From contig NMRA01000151.1 in NCBI GenBank assembly GCA_002633005.1, positions 724,400-788,399 of the forward strand: a stretch of DNA of 64,000 bases, read 5' to 3'. How positions within the stretch are numbered: the first letter of the stretch is position 1; each line of letters starts with the position of its first letter. Source of the DNA: Phoronis australis (Eukaryota > Animalia > Phoronida). The notes under the pieces were generated by a model. That model did no database searches, was not told where the DNA came from, and worked only from the letters and a program-made list of their open reading frames with translations. Positions 1 through 14,321 of the stretch are shown here, piece after piece. A program made the position numbers and the translations under genes.

Positions 1-189
1 CTCCTCTCCACCTGTCGGATGATTTTACCGCACGCTTGCTCAGGTGTCTTGTCCGCATTTAACTCTGCGGCACCAGTCAATTGTATAAAGCAACAAGTCG
101 TCTGGTCCACAGGGTCTTGGCACAACGCAAATTCAGTCTCTGGTCTAAGCTGGGTATTTGTAGCCATAGCAGGGTACAAATTGCCCCAC
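1..189 (-). CDS. Putative exon of the unrecognised secreted protein (WGNLYPAMATNTQLRPETEFALCQDPVDQTTCCFIQ...); gene probably continues beyond the window
   Basis: Strong acceptor ttttaatttcttatccacag at 190. Only the phase-2 frame stays open to the window edge, matching the phase-2 end of exon 2773-2910. Confidence 0.6.
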
Positions 190-714
190 CTGTGGATAAG
201 AAATTAAAAATGCAGCCATCAGCACAGCTTATTATTCTTATCAATACCGTGTACTAGGTGAGTGGTGTGGAGGGGAAGCCCGCATTCCCTATTTGAAGTA
301 CCTACATAAAAATATAATGCCAGAGGCGGATTTATGGGAGGCCAAGGGGTCCTTGCCTCCTCAGTAGGAATGTGTCTGCCACCTTTCATCATGCTTCTTT
401 TTGGATGACAGGGAGGCAGACTACAAATGACACAAAAATAATAGAAAGATAGAAAGGCCACTAGTTGGCCCAACAGAAGTCAAATCGGCCTATGCTATCT
501 ACGTGTTAGAAACGCATTTGCCAAATCTCATGTACATGTACATTCGTCAGGAATGTCAAGTCAAAGGCAAAAAAGATACTAGGCAATTCGACAGTAGTCA
601 GATTTGTCCAAAATCCAAGTCAGCCATAGGGCCTACTCTGCTCAATAGAAACACATGCCACTAAACTTGAGCACTGGAAAAAAATAAAAATCTCAGTACA
701 AAACGGCGCTACAG

Positions 715-1774
715 CAGTTGCACCCGTTCAAAACTCATCGTTGGTGATGCACTTCCCAGAAGGAAAAATATGTCAATTTTCACTATTTGTCGGACAACAC
801 AAGGGGAAATGACAAAGATTCGAAAATAAAAGTTACCACTATTAGGTATTGTTGAATACAACTTTTGTATACGAAAATGAAAATATCGTCTCTTAACTAG
901 AAACATATGTGCCAAATTTCGTGAAACTCCGTCAAGTATACAGAAGGAAACATAAAAGATTAAAATCGACATTAAGAGGTTCATATCTTTATCTATTTCT
1001 GTAGATACATGCAGATACAGAAATAGATTCGGGGTGGGAGGATATACATTTTCGGTTCATTGTAGGAGGAATTCCGTTATCTTCGAATCGATTCTTGTTT
1101 GTCATTTTTTTCACATCTCACTTTAAATTTTTCTTCATGAAAATGAGAGTATCAAAATTTTCTAGTGATAACTGAGCTCCTTGAGCATTTATGATGTCCC
1201 CTGCAACGGAAATTGTTAAATCTGACTAGNNNNNNNNNNNNNNNNNNNNNNNNNNNNNNCAGTTGCACCCGTTCAAAACTCATCGTTGGTGATGCACTTC
1301 CCAGAAGGAAAAATATGTCAATTTTCACTATTTGTCGGACAACACAAGGGGAAATGACAAAGATTCGAAAATAAAAATTACCACTATTAGGTATTGTTGA
1401 ATACAACTTTTGTATACGAAAATGAAAACATCGTCTCTTAACTAGAAACATATGTGCCAAATTTCGTGAAACTCCGTCAAGTATACAGAAGGAAACATAA
1501 AAGATTAAAATCGACATTAAGAGGTTCATATCTTTATCTATTTCTATAGATACATGCAGATACAGATATAGATTCGGGGTGGGAGGATATACATTTTCGG
1601 TTCATTGTAGGAGGAATTCCGTTATCTTCGAATCGATTCTTGTTTGTCATTTTTTTCACATCTCACTTTAAATTTTTCTTCATGAAAATGAGAGTATCAA
1701 AATTTTCTAGTGATAACTGAGCTCCTTGAGCATTTATGATGTCCCCTGCAACGGAAATTGTTAAATCTGACTAG
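715..1774. repeat. 515-bp direct duplication (715-1229 and 1260-1774) across a 30-N gap
   Basis: Near-identical copies with a few SNPs on either side of the gap. Confidence 0.9.
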
Positions 1775-2772
1775 GTTCTAACTAATGAAATATCTTGAGC
1801 TAAACTTGAGCAAAATTCGACGTACGTGTGGAACCGAAATGGGCCTTGGCATATCGATATCGAAATCGGTCGCTTCCACATTGCACACTTAGTATACATT
1901 TATAAAACGTACCGAGAGTGGCGCAGATGAAGTAACGTCCCTAGAGACATTATTTCGAGTGGCCAGGATGTTATTTCATCTACGCCAATCGAGATATGTT
2001 TTGTACTTATTCCATACTCTTAGAATTCTTAAGTTTCTCTTATTTTTTCCGCAGATTTTTAAATACCCGGTCTGTCCATGTGGCGGATCACCACCTACTG
2101 CGTATGTACTTGAGCGTTGAATTACACGTTTACTCTAGTAAAAGAAATCAGTATTAAATGTAACGAATTATTACTTTAAAAGAGATATCAACGGTGATTA
2201 TACATTGAATGAGTAATATTTTTGAAAATAATTAAATAACAAGAATATTCACCATTGTTGCTACAGAGCAACCGGCGCCGCCCTGAGTTGTAGACGATAA
2301 TATTTTAGCAAATAAAACTGAGACATAAGAGTTATATAATTTTAATGAATAAGCATAACATTTGGTACAAAACAATTTTGTGCCAGGTGTTATGTGACCT
2401 GATTGTATGTTGATTGTTATATATACAATTGTCACTTGATCATTTTAAACTATTTTGGAAAAGTTTGAAGTGATCAAGTCAGCTAGCGACGTCGTGTCGA
2501 CTTTTGCACGTTACATGTCAAAGTAAAGAGGGCACTGTTAAGAGTAGTTCCGGGAGTGCAACAGGAAAAGCAATACCACATGGCCGCATTGCACTCAACT
2601 TATTCAACGCGTATGGCCGGGATAAATCAAAATGTGAATGTTCTAGAGAGAAGTTTTGTCGTTTTATTTCCATTAATAATTGTATAACAATCATTTAGAT
2701 TTTCAAACTACAGCACCACAAAATGATGATTACGTTTTTCATTCTATTAAAGGGTAAATTGTTTAATCTTAC

Positions 2773-2910
2773 CAGAAGATCTTGCCCAGTATTTTGTACT
2801 CTAATGACGATTGCGAAACATCTGAAGACACCCATAAATTATGAGTCGGTCGCGTGCAGACTGCCCCGTAGCCGTAGATGTAGGTGGAAAAGTCTACTGT
2901 CTGCGACAAT
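2773..2910 (-). CDS. Putative exon of the secreted protein (LSQTVDFSTYIYGYGAVCTRPTHNLWVSSDVSQSSLEYKILGKIF)
   Basis: Acceptor catttcag, donor gtaaga, open in phase 2 to 2. Confidence 0.6.
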
Positions 2911-3699
2911 CTGAAATGTTGACATGCATTTCATTTTTCCTCCACTTTGAACCAACTAGAGTGTTAATCCATGTGCTGATGTAAGTGCAAGAAAGGCAAG
3001 AATAGATTTGCCGTTTGATTCGAATCCTGTTGACACTGGCAGTGCGTTTTTTACACTCGAATGCCTGCCAGTCACGTTGCAATTCGACTGCAACGCTGTC
3101 GGAAGATGTAAAGCAGGCACGTAGGATATGGCTAACAACAATTGCTATCCAAGACATTTTCACACGAGAAATTTTGAAAACTTGTGGACAGAAAGTCTTC
3201 GAAGTCTTTGAGGATGGATAAAGAGTGAAAGAAGTTGATAGGATAACGATCGTGGTGTGGTATACTGGTGAGAGATAAGGTGGCCCAGCAATTTCGCCTC
3301 TGAGCGTTGAAATACCATCAAAAAGACTAAAAAGGAAGGGATTAGTGAAACAGTTTGTTTCAAGAACTGTGGACAGTAATCAAGTTTTCAGTCATTTTAG
3401 AAACACGTTATCAAAGAATTCGGTCTACGACAAAAAATTCAAATCTAAAATTTTGACTTCAAACCATGTCATTAGATTATTCCTGAGTTATTTCAGAATG
3501 AGTAGTACCAGCGCGATAGGTATTCATATAAAATCATCGTGGCAATGATCAAACCCCTCGGGAATGAGAATGAAATGCCTGTAAACTATGTGGTAGTGCT
3601 TCGTAGAGAGGATTTTTGATAAAGTTAAAAAATATCATACAGCTTAAATAATGTTATTGCACTCTGATAAGTCGTGAAGTACACGTGAGGATATTTTAC

Positions 3700-3790
3700 C
3701 AGATGTGACTTGCACATGACAGCAAAGTGCGATGAGCCACAATTAACTGTCGAATATAACTTCAACTCGTCAAAAATACGAGCAGATGAC
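3700..3790 (-). CDS. Candidate exon of the secreted protein (SSARIFDELKLYSTVNCGSSHFAVMCKSHL)
   Basis: ccag acceptor and gtaaaa donor; phase-2 start fits the previous exon, but the phase-0 end needs another exon I could not resolve. Confidence 0.3.
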
Positions 3791-4378
3791 CTGGTTCGTG
3801 GAGAAAACATTTTGCAGGAAGAAACGTAAACCTGCATTCAGCATAATACCTAATCCGTAACACAACGATCGCCGAAATTTGGTCATATTTACTTTTCATG
3901 TTTCGAACCTAGTTTTCCGAAAAAAATGTACCCTTTCGTCAGGCAACTCTTTGGTGCGTTGACTTGTTATCTAATGTATTTTTTACGTCTCTGTGGTTAA
4001 ATATCGACACATTTTTAAGATTTAATAATCAGGTTGGACTCGAAAGACCTGCCATTTAACTCGCGCAATGTCAACCTCCGATTTGTTTATCGCAGTAAGC
4101 CTCGCTTTGGAATTTTAAAATGTTCGCCGCGTGAATTAGGTGTATAGCGCGCCATGGTATCCGTGCTTTCTGATGGTAGCGTGAACAACACGCAATCTTT
4201 TGCAATTCCCAACGCGTCATTGTGGTTCATTTCTGTCGCGAACAGTTTGTAAATTTTACGTGAAAAGTGGGCACATACAGTGCAAATATGAAAACGCTGA
4301 AGAGGTACGTTTTTCCACACCAAAACATCGCGCAAATGTCAAGGTACCATGACGTCTGCGACTGTGCAGGAAACTTAC

Positions 4379-4482
4379 CCAACTTTATACTTCATGTTAG
4401 TTCCGAGTTGAAACAGGAAAGTCTTCTTTCCGTCGATTTCACGTTTTTGATCGGCCCAACTGATGGTGAAATCAAGGTCTAG
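4379..4482 (-). CDS. Exon 6 of the secreted protein (LDLDFTISWADQKREIDGKKTFLFQLGTNMKYKVG)
   Basis: Acceptor tttctttctacag, donor gtaagt, open frame, phase 0 to 2. Confidence 0.7.
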
Positions 4483-6561
4483 CTGTAGAAAGAAATTTGG
4501 ATTTAGGACGTATATTCAGACAACCATCTTCTTGACTCCTCGGTTAGCCCGTTTTTTTATCACAAGTTGCATCACTGATTTCCAGAGTAACTGGCAAAGG
4601 ACCGTTCAAAGCCTGCATCACCGCAATATATGCAGTCGCTCTTCTAGATACAGATTTGTTCACCTGACACCTCTATTGCGTATAGTAGTTATTGAGTTTT
4701 TATACCTTAGCTTTGAAATCCGCTTTGCCTCGTGAAAGAACAGCCGAGAAGTCGTATATTGGGTCCGCAGCTGTCGTGTTGATTTGCGTGTATTGGTGGT
4801 CCATGCTCAAGCTGCCGTTGGACTGCCGAGTAAAAGCTGAAAGTGTGATTAGCCATTTGCTCAAGTTATTCAGATTACAAAATGACTATTAAAACTGAAC
4901 AACATCAAGGATTTGATAATGACGATAAAATTGTTGAGAGTCATTTAAAACAATCGTCAACTTCAAATGATTGAAACGAGTAAGGTGGGACAGGACGGTC
5001 AAGCTAAATGAGAACGACAATAATTTTACTTGATGTTAAACTTTTAATCTATAAATAGTGAATGATAAACACCCTTACAGTATATAACGTATTTAACATG
5101 AACTGATTTCGACAATCCATTACTCGCCAATGGAATTTCAAAAATATAAATTAGGGTGTTTTGACACTTGCTTGAGGCAAAGCGTTCAACCGTAAGTGAA
5201 AAACACCCGAGGGCACGCGCTTGGCCCCGGGTCGTAAAAACTATCAAGTTCAGTTTTGTTTCAGTAACTTTACTAAGTTGCTGCATAGGCGGATTTAGGG
5301 GGGGCGAGGGGGCCCGTCCGCCCCCCCCCCCCCCCNNNNNNNNNNNNNNNNNNNNNNNNNNCCCCCCCCCCCCCCACCCCTTGGCTGGTGCAAGGAAAAT
5401 TAAACAGCAACAGCGTGAAGCGTGAGGTAATATCGCTAGGAAAGGCAGCGGATCAGCGGATGAGAGCGCTGCGGAATTGTGTTCGCGTTTTTTTAGTCCC
5501 CCGATAGAATTTGGGAACACCAGGTCATCATCTCCAGCGCCCTCAACATTCGGGGCCGCCTGTGTAGACCACCGCGCTTTGCCCAATTCTCCGAGGCAAC
5601 ATGTCCCCCCCCGCACCCTTATGGTTTCATAACAGAGGAGTAATGTGGCTACAACAATAACAAGATCATGTAATTTCAAAATACCGCGGTAAGCTATTTA
5701 TACTCAGTGACCTATGCAATACTGCCACTAAAACATAGATTCAAATCCTTTAACTTCGTTTGTCTTTGGGAAACAGTAAATCTCAAAACACCTTGTCACT
5801 CAAATAACAGTAATGGCTAAAAATCAAGGTCACGTAGTAAGCAAGGCGTCTTATATCACGTGTCTTCAACGCGTACGCCTACAAATCAATGCTATTTCCA
5901 GTATTTGATGGTTTTTATTCCAAATTTTATCTTTATGAGATTTCCCTGGTTCTACCATATGTTTGTCGCAGTGACGACGTAACGTGCATGCTAGTAGAGA
6001 TACCAGGCCTGTGTGTTTAAAAAGACAGTGCTTTTTGCAAAGGCTTTAAAGGTTTTTAACTTTCTCGACACAACACTGCTACTTCCTTTCCTTTCGCAAA
6101 AGCGGGCAATCTGTGGACACAGTACATTTTTTAAAACATATACCCTCTGGTAAACTTGCCTCCCGTTCAGTAAGGCGATAGGACCTCGCAAAAAAGCAAG
6201 ACTTCGCGGGATTACGTGAGATATTGCCGTGTATTTTGGATGAGAACACGTGACTTCGGATAGATTTTAGCTACATGTTGGTCCTAGTGTAGGTCCTAGC
6301 GTTACTGAACGCACGTCTGGTGTTGTATGGGTAAAGGCTTCCCCGGCGGTTGGGACAAGACGCCTATCCTGGCCACTTTGTACACGCATCCTCAGAATTC
6401 AAGTTTTGCCCCTAGACACAATGCAGTACAAGCTACAGCGTAAATTAATTGATGTTAAGGGCAAGCAAAATCTCCACGGCGTTTTATACGTTATATCAGG
6501 AAGTCATTGCCTTGCTAGTTACATATACTATAAGGAAGATGATTGACGACAGAAGTCAAAC

Positions 6562-6602
6562 CTTAATGATGACTTCAGCAACTCTGGCACGCTTATTCGC
6601 AA
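6562..6602 (-). CDS. 41-nt exon 5 of the secreted protein (IANKRARVAEVIIK); alternative in-frame acceptor would start it at 6620
   Basis: Acceptor aatattctag, donor gtttga; phase 1 to 0 bridges exons 7223-7481 and 4379-4482. Confidence 0.55.
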
Positions 6603-6658
6603 CTAGAATATTAAGGTGAGCTGAACTTCATTCTAAATCATTATACACATATACATAT

Positions 6659-6900
6659 ATTATTATTATTATTATTATCATCATCATTAATATCATCATT
6701 AATATCATCATCATCATCATCATCATCATTATCATCATCATCATCATCATTATCATTAACATCATCGTTATCATTATCATTAACATTATCGTTATCATTA
6801 TCATTATCATTATCATTAATATTATTGTTAATATCATTATCATTATTATTATTATTAGCATTAATATTATTATTATTATTATTGTTATTACGTTATTACT
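6659..6900. repeat. (ATT/ATC)n compound trinucleotide microsatellite
   Basis: Visible directly in the sequence. Confidence 0.95.
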
Positions 6901-7222
6901 TTTTAAGTCAAAATTTCAAGAAAGTTACATTCGTAGCAAAATAACCACTAGGTGGATTTTACTGAAACCTTTTAATGAAAACTTCAAAATTTACTTCAAC
7001 TTCGCTGTTTGGAATTTTCGATTACTCATTTAGTTTTGTTTCTATGTCAAATTAACTCGCACAACATAAAGTATTAAAAAGTAAAAATGACCGGTCGCTC
7101 TATAGTTCAAGCATGTGTGAGCGTTTGACCCGGACTGTGTATCTTGCCCCACTCTCCTCTAATTACAAATATCTTTGGACATCATTAAATTTAAAGATCG
7201 AATTGAAAATGATTCGACTTAC

Positions 7223-7481
7223 TCATGTTCAAAATTCCCTCTTCATATATGTCGAATTCAAATTTGGACTGAACTGCTTCGAAGTCTATGTCTGCATTGA
7301 TATACTGTGCGAAGTCATAATTCAGATGCATCATGACGTCTTTCTTGAGAACGTCATCAAATACCATCACTGGTATATCGATTTTGCCTTTGGAGCTACT
7401 GATCATAGCTTCAACCTTCTCACTCTTGTCACCCTTTGTGTGAACTTTGAACTTCCGCTTGAGTTTGATGACGCCATTTAT
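7223..7481 (-). CDS. Exon 4 of the secreted protein (INGVIKLKRKFKVH...FEFDIYEEGILNM)
   Basis: Acceptor tctatttag, donor gtaagt; overlaps ORF 7191-7406; phase 0 to 1. Confidence 0.8.
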
Positions 7482-8808
7482 CTAAATAGACAAGAACTGG
7501 TGTTTCAACTTTCGTATTACTGGTGAACAATGTGCAACTCAAAATGAACAGCCGTTGTATAGGTCTAGGAACTTATTAACAAACCTGCGTGTTTAGCCAA
7601 ATGTCTACAAAACTATGGACTTTAACTCAGTAAAAGAATATATTATCTGAAACCAGAACCTAGGGATTTTTACTTTCCAGCAACCTGACTTTAATCGGCT
7701 CACGTGTCCATGTGTTTTTAGAACAGTGAGCAAAAAAGAAAGGTGCGTTGATAGCGAAACAACGGTATCAAATGAAAGGATCCAATTTTATTAGACAAGA
7801 GCACAAAAACAATAATGCATAAAGCATAGTATCTGAAACTTTTAAATGAATCCGATCCGCCATCTTTGAGATATGACGTTCTGAAGTTTGCCATTTTTCT
7901 ATGGTCATACATAACCTTAAATCAAAAGATCATTTGATAAAATGTGCGGATTTCATGCGTTTTATCAAATTTTAAAAACACGTGTTTAACTTTAAACGTT
8001 GTCTTCTGGTTTTCAAAGAAACTTTCACTGAGACGCCCTGCCTAATTGTTTTATAAGTTGCCAGCATGCCACTGGATGACCTTCACTGACTACACGTATG
8101 TAACCCCCTGACTGCGCCATGTTATCTTCATGGATTACGAAACTTTAATAACCTGCGCCTGAAATCATAAACAAATTGCTTCGCATGAGTTCGGTTATTC
8201 GCGGGACATCCTTTTCAATATAAGTAACGCATTACTCCGTAATTTACTAGTACACACTTTGCTCATCGCATGTTCTGTAGTGTACCAGTTTCAAATACGT
8301 CATACGACGTACAGCTCTATCTTACCTTCACTTCGAACTCTATTATTTCACGCTTTTTGATTACCAGTTTGCTGAAAGATACGAAAAAAGCAGTGGCAAA
8401 TTATTTACCGACCAGGATTTTACTACTTCAATCATTTTCGTTTCAAGAGAAAAATATAGCTCTAGGTGATCCAGGAATTCACAAAGAAGTAGACCACAAT
8501 TCGCCATATTCTCAAAGACGTTCGGAGGGCCCGAGCCCCTTTATTAAGACTATGTAATTTCGATTTTTTCACGTGAGTCATTTGTTGAAGTGCTTTAAAC
8601 CCCCCAAACAACGTAGAATTGCTAGACATAGGTTTCCTAAAAATTGAGACGAACAATGTGTCACTTAAAGGCGCAATTTGAGGTGGAACGGCTTGGCTCA
8701 TTGCCGCGATTCTAATTTGTAATAATTTTCGATATTTGTAAATCATTAAGTGTAACCTAATCGACGACTAGTTAATTTGAGAAGCTAAACCCGGTTGATA
8801 AAGAATAC

Positions 8809-9193
8809 CCACGTGGATGTGTCGCCTTCAAGTGCTGCGTAACATTCCTTGCAGTAAAGGTCCCACCAGTCGTTGCTGTTCTTCGGCGAGTACTGCGACT
8901 GTTGCGACTGGTCGTAGAACTTAACCTGCTTCTCAGATGAGTCAATGCGTGCGCTCTTGTCAAACTTTTTTGTGTTACTATTCCAGTTGGATGACAGCGA
9001 AAGATGTTGGTCTGGCTCGAAGATTGACTTGGTTCGCGTTCCTTGGGTGAGTTTCAGAATAAGGTTGTCGTTAGTCATCACTGACCGGCGGACACGGTGT
9101 CTATGCTCTTCCTTCTCCGCATCAGGTACTCCCGTCCAATCTCCTCTCTTGTGGTGGACGGTGTATTCCAGCTCCTCGAAGTTGTCAGCAAAT
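8809..9193 (-). CDS. Exon 3 of the secreted protein (FADNFEELEY...HRVRRS...WWDLYCKECYAALEGDTSTW)
   Basis: Acceptor ctgttcag, donor gtattc, 128-codon open frame, phase 2 to 0 consistent with neighbouring exons. Confidence 0.8.
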
Positions 9194-10845
9194 CTGAACA
9201 GAGTTGTTACTTCTGGTATAGTATACGCAAACGAAAGTATTATAACAGGGACTTGTATTTATTGTTGTGGGAGTATCCCGGCGTCCTCTAATAGGGAAAG
9301 TTATCGACGACAATAAAATTAACAATTGTGCCCAGGTTTATCATTGTCTTTATAACGTGAATTGTTCGACTTGTTTATAGTTATACCGTGGATTAAACAT
9401 TCCTGGGGGTTAAGTAGTATGACTTCTTGCAGCACTGTACATACAACGAAGACCAATGAAACCAATAAAACTGGAGAAACTTGTGTGTCAACTTCGATTT
9501 CGACTGGAAGAATTTGCGTCGCGTATGTCTGTTTTAAGTGTATGTTTCAATAGGAGAGTATACGAGTACCTACATTCCATTCATTTCTACAAGTCGAAAA
9601 TATTATCAGTAGACTGAAGTTTCAGTCTATGAAAGTTCAACGTATCGTGAGTAGCTTGCAAAATTGCTGACGTCTATTTGCAAATTCTTCAATTAAGGAG
9701 ATTCTACAGTTTTGAGGTCGAAAAAACATTTTGGGGGGTTACTTTGGATACCATTAGTTTCCAGAAGTTATCTTTGATCAATGCTATAAAAAATCAACCT
9801 CTATCGTGTTTTTTATGATTTTATTATCAATCGCCGATTTCCATTAAGGATTTCGGCTAGGCGGTTTCGTTACTAGGCGTTACGAAAATCGACAATGTGG
9901 GCGGTATGTAGTGTTTACCAAAACCAGCGTGGAAACGCCAAGGGATAACCCACTCATTGTATGTGAGAAAAAGAGGCGAGGAGCTAAAGCACATTACAAG
10001 AGTTACCTATTTAAGCATTTGGGAACGAAATCGAGCACTAGTCTCCGTCGAGATAAATTGAACAGTTATAGGGTTATAGAAGTAGGGACTTTTGGTAGAC
10101 AGCAGGGACTTTCAAAAATAGCTCGACATTAATGCACACGTTTAATATATTTTAAGTGCAAACGTTTTGTCATCGATTTTTATAGCTTGTTAGTTTTTGT
10201 TTTCAATATTTGAATAATTGAAAATTCTCGTTGTGTCTCAAATTTTCTCGGCCGGTAGACGGCAAGATTATAAAAAATGGCTTTCCTGAATGCCCAAATG
10301 CGCTTTGAAATGTTGATAATCTGATAATTACTACCGCTAACTTCTGTAGTTTTTGGGAGGCCATCACCGGAGAGCAGTGTTGTTGGATAACATGCCCGAA
10401 CTCTACAACTACGTGAAGCACAAAAGTGAGCTTACAAATTAAGTCCTGTTTTCATCAGTAGGTAATGCATAATGCATGACTTGCCACGTGAATAGTATTT
10501 TGTTTAAATCGAATAAAATATGAGATGTTCTCATTTGTCCGTTATGCGCTAAGCATAAAGGCGTAATCAATCTAGCGTTCTTTGTGTTGCAATCTGGGAC
10601 TGAGAGCTCACGCCTAACGGAGGGATTCCGTTTTCATGACGCTAGTCTCCACTCAATCCGCCAAGAAACACAGAGGCAATTTAACGAATTTGGTCCTTAA
10701 GTGGCAAATAACCTGCCGTCCGCCCTTGGTAAGGTACAAGTTCGTGTTAATTTGCAAAAACAATTAAACGCGAACAACACGCGGCAATCTGCACTCTCAC
10801 CAGCGTCATTTATGTGCAACAGGTGCCTCAGTGCTCAAGGTTCAG

Positions 10846-10892
10846 TGGGTCCACTGGTGGGTCCGCTGGTGGGTCCACTGGTGGGTCCACTG
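10846..10892. repeat. 12-bp minisatellite (gtgggtccactg) x~4
   Basis: Visible directly in the sequence. Confidence 0.9.
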
Positions 10893-13800
10893 CAACGTGT
10901 GGAAGTAGACTTCTGTCAACGTTTTATGTATTGAGTTCTATTTTGAAAAGTGCGCCATCATTTTACAAAATAAGGGAACATGAAAACGCATTGGTTATCA
11001 CGTTGGGTATATGCATCACGCATTGCGCATTACGGCCTTAGTGTTTAGCAGCGGTGCCCGAGTTCATATTAGGTTCAATAGCCGGGAAAATCGAAGGTCA
11101 TTGGCCTTGCGCAGATTTGAAAAGAAAAGCAATAGAAAAACACATTCACGCATGATAATCGAAATTATGTTGTTGAAAAGGCTGCGAACAACTGTTGAAG
11201 TGTTATATAATGTAAAGCCGCGTAATTCTGTCCGTTTGTTTGGACAACGTTCTCTCTGCTTCAGTGCTTTTATCCCGAATGAGTGTGTTTAGAACAGGCC
11301 CGTAGCCAGGGTGACCCCGCGGAAAAGGTCTAGCCCCAGCATATCCGTTACGTATTGTATATAAACAACAACATCAACAAAATTGTTGCGGTTATTACTG
11401 GCACTACTAACCGCACTATTTAACTCAAGTTGGTAATAATTTCGAATTTGCTACTGATTCAAAGCACTTCGGGCCGTGCACGAACAACTTCGCCATAGTG
11501 TTTGCTTAGATGACAGGAACGCGTACATGATTAAAGGACGTTTTATGATGTTATTGACTGCCTTAAGCCACCGACTAACAACATTGAATGCGCGTGATGA
11601 CTACATCATAGCATGGTAATAAGAGCCTATAAGTCTGTATCTGCGGGGCAGCGAGATTTCACAAAAAGTAGAATGTGAATGCCTTAAAATCGATCAAGCA
11701 ACAAAACAGCAAAAAATATGTTTTTTATCAGCTATTTCGGTATAAATCGGCCAAGATAGTTAAGTGCAAGCTTTTTAAATTTCGAATTGAAAGTGGTCGT
11801 CGAATATGTTGATCATTCAGTTCACGCTTTGGCTGTGGATTGGTGGATTGACTGTATGCATATATGTTCATGTCTTTGCGCTTTCATTCTTTTGAATTCA
11901 GTACACGCAATTTCACTAGGCAGTCCTACGTCGATGTTCTACATCCAGAGTTAATGTGTTTTCTTGCACTGGGAAAATTCTGAGGAGCATAATCGGAAAA
12001 GTAATTCTAGACCTCACGAAAATCTTAATGGATAAAAGTCTTCTCTTGTAAACTATTGTCAGTGGCGCAGACTTCATACGAGCAACAGACTTGATGGAAG
12101 AGATTTCCAAGTTAAATATCACTATTTCGAAGGTTCACTATTCCGAGAGTCCACTGCTTCAGTTCATTATTCCGAAACCACGTTCAAAACTCCGACAGTT
12201 AGCTACTCTGAATGTCTCCAATGTGGCGGAAATGACATGCATAAAATATTCCATCCGTGTCCATTTAGTAATTGCATTCATTTAGGAAGGGTGTCCATGA
12301 GTTGTGTAATTTTTAATAAGACTTTGATTGTATTGTGTGCAACTGGGCTCCGTCTGTTCCAGTCACTAACAATCGTGATTCTTGACTCTAAAACGATTCA
12401 TCAAACCAAAACCAACACCGAGAAACGGGGATATTTTATTGCAGGGCTACGGCAACCAACAGGTGGCTTTAAATTTGAGAAGACTGGGTGGGACTCTGAG
12501 TCCTGATGAAGACTGGAAGTGGTAGGGTCATGGTAGCCTACATTTAATTCCGACCCGGCCGCTGATGCTTGCCGTGTTTCCGGTGCGGTGGGCGAGTTTG
12601 AGGCGCAGTGGATAAACCTTTCAATCGCCCTGAGAAATGATGCTATCTTGACATGGATCTGATGAATGTGCCGTACTTGATAACTGATTTATCAACATTC
12701 CTACTTCATTCGCAAGTAAGTACTCATTGTTTGTAATTCAGAAGATATGCTTTGGAACCTGACAATTTCGCATGCGCAAGAGTAACCGGGCGTTGTTTTC
12801 GGTATAGATACCGCCTAATAACATAAGTATCTCGTATGTTTGTATATGGAAGTATAAAAATGACACGGAATTATGAAATTTCATATATGTTCGGAATAAT
12901 GAACCTTCGTAGTATTGAACCTTCTGACGGAGTAGTGGGCTGCTCTCATTTTCAACGCTATGAGCAACTTATTAACACCAGACGCAGAAATAAAACCTGA
13001 TAAAAATTCATTTTCCGTTTAAATATTTCCGCCCGAGTATGCGATGGGGTATAACCAATCATTTAAGCACGACTGGTTAGAAAATTTGGCAGAGGGTAAC
13101 GCTCAGTAATCCAGAAATAGAATCTCCTGGACCATATTACATCCGAATTTGGGGCCCGTCTTTTGTGAGTACCATCATAAAATACTTAATAGTCATTTTT
13201 GGGATTGCGAATTCCTTCTTGTCTTAGAAATATGGAGTCAAGAGTCATCGTCGTGTACATACACGTAGCTTTCGCTTCCCCCGCAGAGCTTAGTTGCTTA
13301 GATGCGCTACCAAAATCTAAGAAATATCATCAAAGTGCCAAAGTTTTAGAAATTCGAAACACTTCCGCACAGTGCTGGCTACTGGGGTGTAGAATTTCAA
13401 ACACTATTTTTATTGGGACTAATGTTTCTTAGGGGCATAGCTCAACATTTTTGACAGGTACGCAAAATATTATTTTAGTACAAACACGTGACGTGCCACC
13501 TTTACAGTAAGCACTTACACCCTGAATGTGTAACTTGGCGACAAATAATTTATATGTACGCAGTGCAAGAACTGAAAAAAACTGAATGCAGAATATCACA
13601 TATGCGCTTGGCAGAAATGCCGATAACTTTATTATTTCTAGAAATCAGTTACTGATTGATAAAAGAACAAACTATTTTGTTAAACGATAGCGGTATGTCA
13701 TAAACCATGCTAGTAATAATGAGGGATTTTTAAAGTGTATTTTGTTCACAAATTATAATAGGACAAAATGAAGTTTTAGTTATCCACCTCATTGAGTTCA

Positions 13801-14321
13801 TCTACGAAATTACGCTTAGTATTGATATCTGCGTGAAAATGTTATCACACATATTACGTTTGTTTATAAGGACTCGTACTGAACTCTGTTTTGATGATTT
13901 CAATCAATCCACGTTCTGTCACCTGCTAAGGCATCATTGGCATTAATATTCCAAGACAAAGGCAGGAATCAGCTACGTCACAGGTTGGACATTATCGTCC
14001 TTGGTGAGAGGTCTTTTCCCTCAGTTGCCGTGTAATGCGTAGGTCACGCTTTGCCGTTTAGCGGACTTTGAAAGGAGTTTTCACATTTGTCTCCAAAATT
14101 TTGAGTTACCGAGGGTTACAGAGCATTATTTTGTTTCATAGAACTGAATAGAAAAGTCGTTTTTAGTACCTGTTAATAGGCAAAAACGGGGTTTAGTATC
14201 CTTTTAAATTCTGACAAGTTTTTGCTCGATGCTTTGTGTTTACCTTGCCTGACGTTTTCATTTTAGTCGTCAGTGTTTCCTCAGTCTACAAACAATTTTC
14301 AATAAACCGAGTTTCACTTAC

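Noticed and set aside
709-1529. Two near-identical ORFs (MNLLMSILIFYVSFC...)
   Set aside because: They come from a duplicated repeat across a gap (probable contig overlap) and show no protein-like features.
6628-6861. Met/Ile-rich 77-aa ORF
   Set aside because: Translation of a microsatellite.
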